Shown piece by piece: positions 29,912 to 37,641 of a DNA stretch of 64,000 nucleotides. Both the position numbers and the translations under genes were made by a program. Below the pieces are notes generated by a model. It was not told the origin of the DNA. It did no database searches and saw only the letters and a program-made list of their open reading frames with translations. This DNA comes from a virus (lineage: Duplodnaviria; Caudoviricetes), in the IMG/VR virus record IMGVR_UViG_3300047561_001243, positions 36,246 through 100,245 of that record; one strand, given 5' to 3'. The stretch's first letter is position 1; each line of letters starts with the position of its first letter.

Positions 29912-30916
29912 CTAAGCCAGAGCCTTGACTGCTTGGAAGATTCGATTCTTCTCAGCATTTACTTGTGAGTCGAAGCCACTTGCTGCTGCAGTGTTGGCTT
30001 CGCTGCTTCCGCGTCGCGCTTGGCGGAAGTAATCAACGCGCTCAGTAAGTGCATTGAATGTGCCCCACGCAGTGCCCTTGATGTTGGCATTGGTAGGTGA
30101 TGTGAAGTACAGGTCATTCAAGAGGTCAATCTTGTTTTCCCATACTGTGAGTGCCCCGCTCTTCTTGGTCTCATCGACCGAAGGCTTTGGATAGAGAGCA
30201 GTGATGATGTCATTGAACTTCTTGGCATCGACCGCTGTCTCGAAGAGGGACTGTGCTTCCTTTTGGAAGTCGTCCATGTAACTGAAGGTAAGGCTGAGTG
30301 CCTTGCGAGCATCCTCAACTCTATCTTTCACCGTCAAGGTGTGGCGCATCTTGAATGATTGCTTCTTAGAATCAAGAGCAATGTTCAAGGTGTTTTGGCA
30401 AACAACTCTCACTGGTGTGATTGCTGCTTGGATAGCAGCACTGCCATCATGTGATGTGTGGACCAGAAGGTAAGTAACAGTTTTATCTGCTGCTCCCTTA
30501 GGGTCGATGATGAACTCTCGTGGTACAACGAGAGAGCCGAAGACCTGACGGCCATCTTTGATTGAGCCAGCGGATTCCCACTTGGCACCACCATCGAGGA
30601 TATTGTCACCGAAGGTGAACAGGTCCTCGTTTTGGTATACGCGGTAGCGCTCGCCAACTACGGAGAGCACATCAGTGCCTAGTCCGAATGGACTAGTGCG
30701 GACCACGAGTTGGTGGTCAGTGTTGCGGTTGTAGCCCTCAGGTAGAGGTGCTGGTTCGAGACGGACGTCCCAGTTGTCGAGCTTGGCCAGTGCGAGCATC
30801 TGAGCCGTGGTGATATCTGTATCCTTATCGAATACAGTCCCAAGACCGTGCCACGCTGGTTCACTACGAAGTGCAAAGGCGGTTACGCCGTCTACACTCT
30901 CGAGATTGTGAGCCAT
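29912..30916 (-). CDS. DUF932-family phage/plasmid protein
   Basis: PAWHGLG, VGERY...QN, ESAGSIKDGR, TSHDGS, TPVRVVCQNTL, GTAWG.FNA.TE. Confidence 0.85.
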   Translation of the reverse strand: MAHNLESVDGVTAFALRSEPAWHGLGTVFDKDTDITTAQMLALAKLDNWDVRLEPAPLPEGYNRNTDHQLVVRTSPFGLGTDVLSVVGERYRVYQNEDLFTFGDNILDGGAKWESAGSIKDGRQVFGSLVVPREFIIDPKGAADKTVTYLLVHTSHDGSAAIQAAITPVRVVCQNTLNIALDSKKQSFKMRHTLTVKDRVEDARKALSLTFSYMDDFQKEAQSLFETAVDAKKFNDIITALYPKPSVDETKKSGALTVWENKIDLLNDLYFTSPTNANIKGTAWGTFNALTERVDYFRQARRGSSEANTAAASGFDSQVNAEKNRIFQAVKALA

Positions 30917-30970
30917 GATTTCCCCTTCTTTGAAGAATCATCTCAAAGAGGCTTTCTCTTTGATAGTGCA

Positions 30971-31038
30971 ACTCTATCGCATACCTATACGGGCAGCAAT
31001 GCCCCAAAGGTCACGTTTGTATAACGAAGTTATCCACA
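30971..31038 (-). promoter_or_regulatory. Cassette 4: DnaA box + direct repeat + promoter TTGCTG-N17-TAGAGT
   Basis: TTATCCACA 31030; GTCAC-N6-ATAAC 31010-31025. Confidence 0.8.
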
Positions 31039-31043
31039 GGCAA

Positions 31044-31111
31044 TGTTTGGGTTGGACATATGGCTAGGCGGCAAGGTATTCACCAGCCAGCCATATCATC
31101 CAACCCAAACA
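31044..31111. repeat. Palindromic element (13-bp outer arms plus inner ATATGGCT/AGCCATAT)
   Basis: TGTTTGGGTTGGA ... TCCAACCCAAACA. Confidence 0.8.
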
Positions 31112-31157
31112 AATCAGCCCCCGCATCTCTGCGGGGGCGTCTTTGTATTAGGGGCAC

Positions 31158-32987
31158 CTAATAGTTGTTGAGTATTGCTGCAACGATTGATTCTTCCTCA
31201 TCGTTTGCATAAGCTGCATACTCTTCAGCAACTTTATTGAATAGCATTGTGTAGGTGCGTTCGTGGTATTCCTTCACACGCTCATCCTTGAGGATAAGGT
31301 CTGAAGCATTTTCTAGTGCGATTAGCACCATCAGTAACTCTGTCTTGTTATCTATTTCCATTAGTCCTCCTCACATTCACATGGTTCATCAGGGTTGAAT
31401 GAACAGAACATGCAACCCATGTACTCGTCGCACTTTTTGCATGCGTATCGGAATTGGTGTTCATCACAGCAGACAAATAGCTCGTCCATGATTTTGTAGT
31501 ACTTGGTCTGGTCAAGGACTGGCATTACTCGTACTCCTCTGCTGCAACCTTGGCTGCGTACCCATTGGCACGCAGTGATGAGATGCCTAGCTTTTCTTTT
31601 TCATCTGCATAGATTGCATCGAACTCATCTTTGTGCAGATACATAAGTATTGCTTGAGCACGTGAGTATGCTTTCTGCGTAGCAGTGTTGCGTTGTTGTT
31701 GGTTCATGATGCCACCTTTGTATTAGCGCATGGATAGCAGGTCTTCTCAACCTCTACACCTAGACAGAATGCATCAATACCTGAGTAGATGATGTTTTCT
31801 GTGCTGTTACAGATTGTGCATTTCATTTGTTTCCCCCTTCAGGAAAGAAGCATTCGATTGATGATTTGAAACAGTAGTGGTCGCCAACCCAGTTGAGATG
31901 GTCGAGACCGATAGTTGCTAGTGTGAGAGTGCCACCGATTAGGGCTGTCCAGAAGACAACCCTAACCAATGTGCGGACTTGGTAATAGCGTGCGGTCCTC
32001 ATCGAGAGACCATCGCCTTGCCACGACGGAAGATGCGAGTGTGGCATTTGCCAGTTGGTTCGTAGAGATTGACTGTTGAGTATTCGTCAGCCATTCCGTG
32101 GTCTACGAATGATTGGAAGCTTTTTACTGCTTCCAGTGCGTCTGTGTAAGTGTGCTCCCAATGGCTTTCCTTGCCATCGTAGGAAGCAGTTACTTTGAAC
32201 TCGTATTGCGTATACATCTGTGCCCCTTCTGTTGTAGTTGTTTGGGTCGGCTAGCCGTCCCCCACCGAGCAGGGTTCTCACCCTGCCCGATAGGCAATCT
32301 CTAGTCGCGTGTGAACTCACTTATTTCGTTATGCTGTCCACACTTGGGGCAGTCATACTCAGTTGTGCGTTCCGTTCCGTGAGTCTCACTTTGTGTGTGA
32401 CCACCGTTGAAACCGTCCGATGTGTAACTTGTCTGCTCTGTGAGGCACTCGACCTCTCCGAGCCATCCACAATCACACTCGTGTTCCATAGTGTCGTTGA
32501 TGTGGTTGACGTGATGATTTGTAGAGATAGCGTCTGCTCCGTAGAGTGGTGCTCTAGTTGCATTAGATGGCATCTTCTTCTTCCCTCCATGTTGTCCACT
32601 TGATTGTGTTATCAGTGGTGATGAGTTGAATTGAATAGTTGCCGTTAGGCTTGCGGTCGATACGGATAGCGACACCCTGAACGCCTGAGCGTTGAGTGGT
32701 GATGAAGTCAAGCACCTTAGGAAGTGTTGCCATGCTTATGCCTCCACTTCTGTTGGAGGGTTGAGGCGAGCAAATACTTCAGCCTCAATCTGCTTGCGAG
32801 TGCGTGCCTCTGCGATTACTGGCAAGAGTGCATCTACAATTGCTTGTAGTTGGTCACCCATAGACCAATCGAAGATGGTGATTTCTAAACCATCAACGTC
32901 AATGCTAAGGTTGATGGTGTTGCCCGATACGTTCGCACTAGATGAAAACTCATCACCAGTGCGTGTGAATAGACTTACTGAAGCCAT
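31158..32987 (-). CDS. Run of small early-type hypothetical genes (31158-31361, 31525-31707, 31823-32002 with a TM helix, 31999-32217, Zn-ribbon ORF ending at 32301, 32736-32987)
   Basis: Coupled minus-strand ORFs, several with AAGGGG SD. Confidence 0.55.
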
Positions 32988-33037
32988 TTGGCTACCCCTT
33001 TACGGAATTGGAGGCGGTGTTGCCTTCCAATAAGATA

Positions 33038-33128
33038 AAGATAGTCTATTTATTACCAAACCATAAGAGCCCAAATGTCACAGTTTGATAACGAAGTTAT
33101 CCACAGCCTGCTCCAAAAGTTATCCACA
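33038..33128 (-). promoter_or_regulatory. Cassette 5: two DnaA boxes + direct repeat + promoter TTATGG-N17-TATCTT
   Basis: TTATCCACA 33097 and 33120; GTCAC-N6-ATAAC 33077-33092. Confidence 0.8.
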
Positions 33129-33215
33129 AGGGGGGTAGGGTTAGGTAACATTTCGTTATAATTGGCCACCAGGTGCCAATAACAGGTAGCACCTGTTTAG
33201 CGATACAGTAGCCTA

Positions 33216-33905
33216 ATGTTCGATGCAAATTCACTGCCACAAGTTGGCGTAAGTATTCGGCGCCATAACAATGCGGAGATAAAAGAAGTCGGCATGGGCT
33301 ATTCCTTGTGTTATGAAGGAAGGCAATGGATGACTATGAACAACCGTCACAACATACAGGCTAAGGAGTTATATAGCTCTTATGACCAAGCATACGGTGA
33401 CGTTGTGCTGTCAGGACTTGGTTTTGGCTTACTTGCACTATGGATAGCACAAAAGCCAGAAGTAGCTTCTGTAAGAGTGTATGAGAAGCATTTAGACATC
33501 ATTAATCTATTTGTTCTAAACAATGGCTTTAACCCAAAAATAATTTTGATACATGAAGATATCAACACAGTAGCCACAAAGTGTGATTGCTTATTCTTAG
33601 ACCACTATGAGTTTGAAGAGACACACCTTCGTCTTGCTAACATGGCACAGGTAGCTAGCAAGATTGAACACACGGTGTTCTGGGCATGGGCTCTGGAGAG
33701 GGACTTGGCTTACAGCATCTACGGGCTAACTCAAGAGCACTGCTACGGAATGGAGTTGACTATGAAGCTTGTAGACTTCCGCACTCGCTTTGATGAGTTG
33801 CCGTTAAAGATAAAACAGCCAGAAGCACTTAACGAATATGTTTACACATACTTTGACAAGATTGGCTACACATTGGACACTCCTAAAAACTTAACCTCTG
33901 TGTAA
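33216..33905 (+). CDS. Class I SAM-dependent methyltransferase-like protein (spermidine-synthase-like)
   Basis: GDVVLSGLGFG, VRVYEK, IIHED, DCLFLDH. Confidence 0.7.
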   Translation: MFDANSLPQVGVSIRRHNNAEIKEVGMGYSLCYEGRQWMTMNNRHNIQAKELYSSYDQAYGDVVLSGLGFGLLALWIAQKPEVASVRVYEKHLDIINLFVLNNGFNPKIILIHEDINTVATKCDCLFLDHYEFEETHLRLANMAQVASKIEHTVFWAWALERDLAYSIYGLTQEHCYGMELTMKLVDFRTRFDELPLKIKQPEALNEYVYTYFDKIGYTLDTPKNLTSV

Positions 33906-33966
33906 ACTACTCTTGACAGAGTATCGCTACCTTGTCCTAGGGGCATCTAATCGGTGTCCCTAGTTA

Positions 33967-34039
33967 TGGCCCATAGCTCAGTTGGCAGAGCACTGCACTG
34001 TTAATGCGGTTGTCCTTGGTTCGAGTCCAAGTGGGCCAG
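33967..34039 (+). tRNA. tRNA-Asn(GTT), no encoded CCA
   Basis: TGGCCCA/TGGGCCA acceptor stem, CTGTTAA anticodon loop, GGTTCGAGTCC T-arm. Confidence 0.9.
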
Positions 34040-34043
34040 CGAC

Positions 34044-34115
34044 GCCTCAATAGCTCAGTGGTAGAGCAGCTCACTTGTAATGAGCAGGTCGGGAGTTCAA
34101 ATCTCTCTTGGGGCT
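34044..34115 (+). tRNA. tRNA-Thr(TGT), no encoded CCA
   Basis: GCCTCAA/TTGGGGC acceptor stem, CTTGTAA anticodon loop, AGTTCAAATCT T-arm. Confidence 0.9.
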
Positions 34116-34119
34116 CTAA

Positions 34120-34191
34120 TCTCCATTCGTCTAATCGGCAAGACCGCGGATTCTGGTTCCGCTAATCGTGGTTCGAGTCCATGGTGGAGAG
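34120..34191 (+). tRNA. tRNA-Gln(CTG), no encoded CCA
   Basis: TCTCCAT/GTGGAGA acceptor stem, TTCTGGT anticodon loop, GGTTCGAGTCC T-arm. Confidence 0.9.
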
Positions 34192-34244
34192 CAAGAACGT
34201 GTCGCGGTCATGCATAATTACATATATGTAATACGCTACGCCGC

Positions 34245-34700
34245 ATGATTAAGTTTTGTAGCCAATGTGAGCAAGCAAAAGACATTGCAGAGTTTGCTAA
34301 AAAAGGCGCCCATCGCAAACAGTCCAGGTGCAAGAGCTGTAATAGAGATTACCTAAGAGAGTATTACGAGTTAAATCCTTTAGAAAAGCTACGCGTTCTA
34401 CATAGCAACCGCGTGCGTCGCCAAGGTATACAGCAGTTCCTACTGGAACAAAAAGATAAGCCCTGCGCAGATTGCGGTAACAGGTATCCACGCGAGGCCA
34501 TGGACTTTGACCATTTAGGCGATAAAGAGTTCACTATTAGCAATGGCAAGAACATTGTAAGCCGTGAACGTTTAGAGGCCGAGATAGCCAAATGCGATGT
34601 AGTCTGCTCTAATTGCCACAGGACCAGAACAGAGACGAGACGACTATCTGCGACTACAGAGATAACTCCATCCTCTCCCTTGTCGGCCAAGGACCACTAG
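34245..34700 (+). CDS. HNH endonuclease with Zn-finger
   Basis: CSQC...CKSC, CADCG...DFDH...KCDVVCSNCHR. Confidence 0.85.
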   Translation: MIKFCSQCEQAKDIAEFAKKGAHRKQSRCKSCNRDYLREYYELNPLEKLRVLHSNRVRRQGIQQFLLEQKDKPCADCGNRYPREAMDFDHLGDKEFTISNGKNIVSRERLEAEIAKCDVVCSNCHRTRTETRRLSATTEITPSSPLSAKDH

Positions 34701-34752
34701 CTAGGGATATAGATGATGCAATTGATGACTGGGAAGAACTCGGTATTGACTA

Positions 34753-34920
34753 ATGCCACGCTATGACTTTGTCTGCATGCCATGTGATTCCACAGTGGAG
34801 ATGCATATGGCTGTCGACTCCGTGGAGCGTCCAGCATGTGATAGGTGCGGCAACTTCATGACTAAAGTTTTTACGCCACCTGCAGTTCACTTTAAAGGTG
34901 GCGGCTGGGGCGGCCAATGA
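34753..34920 (+). CDS. FmdB-family zinc-ribbon protein (not in ORF track)
   Basis: MPRYDFVCMPC...PACDRCG..MTKVFTPPAVHFKGGGWG. Confidence 0.8.
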   Translation: MPRYDFVCMPCDSTVEMHMAVDSVERPACDRCGNFMTKVFTPPAVHFKGGGWGGQ

Positions 34921-35065
34921 CATTTGGCTTCTTCTGCTTCTTCATGGGCATAGTAATTGGAATTGCCGTCGGATTCTTCTGGGGCATGGATGAACTGTAA
35001 TAGCCAAGGCGCCGAATCCCTTCGGGTGTATTCACGCATATCGTCTCCCGCGAAAGGACTCTTTA

Positions 35066-35317
35066 ATGACTGAATTATCTAAACGCCAGCAAAAGATTAG
35101 ACGCAACATCATGGAGCAACATGAGTTTCTTGCAGGAAGAGAACAGTTTGCTGTTGATGCTTTTGAACGAGACTTGAATCATGCTATCGACATCTATGAT
35201 AGAGAAAAAGATGAAATGACCCAGGAGCAGCGTGATGATGTCGATGCCAAGATTGCAGAGAACCTTGCATTGATTAAGACTTTGCGCGGTATCACGGAAG
35301 AAGAACCGCTACCTTAA
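35066..35317 (+). CDS. Hypothetical protein
   Basis: ORF with AAGGA SD. Confidence 0.55.
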   Translation: MTELSKRQQKIRRNIMEQHEFLAGREQFAVDAFERDLNHAIDIYDREKDEMTQEQRDDVDAKIAENLALIKTLRGITEEEPLP

Positions 35318-35321
35318 TCGG

Positions 35322-35546
35322 ATGTTTACCGCTTGGGTTCTAGACCAACAAGACCGTGATGGCGATGTTGGCGACTGCGCCCGTCTAATATTTGAAGATA
35401 TCAATAACGGCTGCGCCCCATCCACATTTAGAGATGTAATTGTCTGGAAGCGCCATTTTGTGGCAGAGCACCCCAAAACATCAGAACAAGCGTTAGTCCT
35501 GCTACGCGAAGCATATGTTGCTTATATAGCCAGTTTTTCTCAGTAA
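35322..35546 (+). CDS. YozE/SAM-like small protein
   Basis: FTAWVLDQQDRDGDVGDCARLI..D pattern. Confidence 0.55.
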   Translation: MFTAWVLDQQDRDGDVGDCARLIFEDINNGCAPSTFRDVIVWKRHFVAEHPKTSEQALVLLREAYVAYIASFSQ

Positions 35547-35718
35547 TTCTGCGAGATACTATTGGTATGAAGCGCGAAGATGGTGACTACGGCCCAATTT
35601 TTTCTGGGAAGGTAAAACGAGTAGCTAACCTTAAACTCACACCAGACCGCATGACTGAATTTGAACACGAGAAGAACAATACCCAAGCACCTGTAATCCC
35701 ATTGAAAAGGAAAGACAA

Positions 35719-36439
35719 ATGAGAGACAGAGCTTTGGGCAAGTCAAAAGCAGAGCGCAGCGGAATGTTTCCAATTAACCGCAACAATGAATTTAGAGTTA
35801 ACAATCCTGGTATGTTTTCTGGGCCCCGCCCATCCTATGGAAGATATCAAGTAGGCTCTAACGCGTCAGATATACTTAATAAAAGCCTGAACAAAGGAAC
35901 ACGATAATGCCACTAAAGCGTCGTAGAGAAAATGATGAGACTCGCAAACTTGGTTCTATGGGTGAAGCGTTAGGTTTTGACAAACCCCTTAAAGAGTCAC
36001 GCTCTGTACTTCCTTATCGCCCATTCCCAGAAGATGCGGGCAATCCAGACCGCAATGTTAAGTTTAATGAAAAAGCAACTAAGCGTGCTGCGATGATTAA
36101 AGACGGTAGCTCAGCCGCTCTTATTGGTAAGCGTGTTGATACACATAACACAATTGCTAAGCGCCTTGGCAAAGATGTAGAGACCATTCAGGTGAATAGC
36201 GGTAAGAAGTAATGTGTAAAACTTGTGGCTGCGGAAAACCTAATAAAACCCATAAGAAGGTTATTAAGGTAGCTGGAGAAAAACATACTATTAAACAGAA
36301 GAAAAACGGCGAAGTCATTGTTGACCACGCTGGAAACAAGGGCAAGTACGACAAGATTAACCTTACAAAAAAAGCTGGGGCTAAGACAATTAAGCAAGGC
36401 GTAAAAGCTACAAAAGATTGGCATAAGAAAAATGGCTAA
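35719..36439 (+). CDS. Small basic hypothetical genes (35719-35907, 35907-36212, 36212-36439)
   Basis: TAATG-coupled K/R-rich ORFs. Confidence 0.55.
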
Positions 36440-36692
36440 GTCACCAGCATGGCAGCGTAAAGAAGGCAAGAACCCAGAAGGCGGACTAAATGCTAAGGGT
36501 AGAGCCTCTGCTAAAAAAGAAGGACACAACCTTAAGCCTCCTGTATCTGCTAAGGAAGCTAAGAACTCACCTAAAGCTGCAGGACGCCGTAAATCATTTT
36601 GCGCCCGTATGGGTGGCATGCCAGGCCCTATGATTGGCCCTGGTGGAAAACCAACACGCAAAGCGTTATCTTTAAGAAAGTGGGATTGCTAA
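36432..36692 (+). CDS. DUF6321-like basic protein
   Basis: AWQRKEGKNPEGGLNAKGR...RRKSFCARM...SLRKWDC. Confidence 0.7.
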   Translation: MAKSPAWQRKEGKNPEGGLNAKGRASAKKEGHNLKPPVSAKEAKNSPKAAGRRKSFCARMGGMPGPMIGPGGKPTRKALSLRKWDC

Positions 36693-36789
36693 TGGCATCT
36701 CCATGTTGGGCTAATTATCGTCAACTCGGTATGAAAGAAAAGAATGGAAAACAAGTTCCTAATTGCGTACCAGAAAAGAAGGCGAAGTA

Positions 36790-37080
36790 ATGAGCGAAAC
36801 TAAGAAGTTTGGTCCTTACAAGGGTTCTGATAAAAATGGTGGCCGCCCAATCTATGTATTTAAGAAAAAGGGCAAAGACGGTAAGTGGCATACTACTTCC
36901 TCCGATAAAGCCCGTGTAGACCATGAAGAACGTACGGGTAAGAAGCTTAAGAAGAATCAAGAAGTTGACCACAAGGACAACAACAAGAACAATGATTCTA
37001 AAGGCAACTTACGCGTTATTTCTAAATCAGATAACGTTGCTAAAGAGAACAAACGCCGCGCTGGTAAGAAGAGCAAATGA
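36790..37080 (+). CDS. Small HNH endonuclease
   Basis: EVDHKDNNKNNDSKGNLRVISKSDN. Confidence 0.75.
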   Translation: MSETKKFGPYKGSDKNGGRPIYVFKKKGKDGKWHTTSSDKARVDHEERTGKKLKKNQEVDHKDNNKNNDSKGNLRVISKSDNVAKENKRRAGKKSK

Positions 37081-37400
37081 TTAACCGACACCAAGACTCT
37101 CAATCAAAGCGCGATGAAGAGTTTCAATTTCAAGTGCAACAAGCACGTTCTAATCCAGAGTTACTTAAAAACTCTAGTCCTGAAATAAAAGAAGCCGCGG
37201 ATAACCAATCTAAGTTTTCAGAACGACGTAAGAAGTACGGTCTATGAAAAGTAAGAAGCACCGCCAACATAAAGGAGTACACCTAAATACTCAACGTGGT
37301 TTACGCGTTGGTGGTATTGTTATTCCGTACTGGCCTTCCTATTGGAATGGTGTGAGTACTGGCGATGAGCACCACGGTCAACCAACTAACGAAGGAGCTA

Positions 37401-37625
37401 ATGATGGAAACAGCACAGGTTCTGACTCTTCAGGCAGTTCCGACGGCGGAGCGGGAACTAACTCTTAACGACCGCTGTGACTCTTGTAGCGCAGCTGCGA
37501 TGGTTGTTGCAACATTGTTAAATGGTGAGTTAATGTTTTGTGGACATCACGCTAAAAAGCTTTCTAACACACTTATGAAAAAAGCACTTGATGTTTATGA
37601 CCCACAAGGAGTGCTAACACTCTAA
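37401..37625 (+). CDS. Actinobacterial-type small Zn-binding protein
   Basis: LTLNDRCDSCSAAA...GELMFCGHH. Confidence 0.65.
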   Translation: MMETAQVLTLQAVPTAERELTLNDRCDSCSAAAMVVATLLNGELMFCGHHAKKLSNTLMKKALDVYDPQGVLTL

Positions 37626-37641
37626 ACTAGAACTCTAGTAC

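Noticed and set aside
27398-31111. Palindromes as a CRISPR array or insertion sequences
   Set aside because: Copies are kilobases apart with genes between them; no transposase or evident target-site duplications
33130-33146. G-rich tract GGGGGGTAGGGTTAGG at the strand switch as G-quadruplex or packaging site
   Set aside because: Short single occurrence; cannot be supported without read-terminus data
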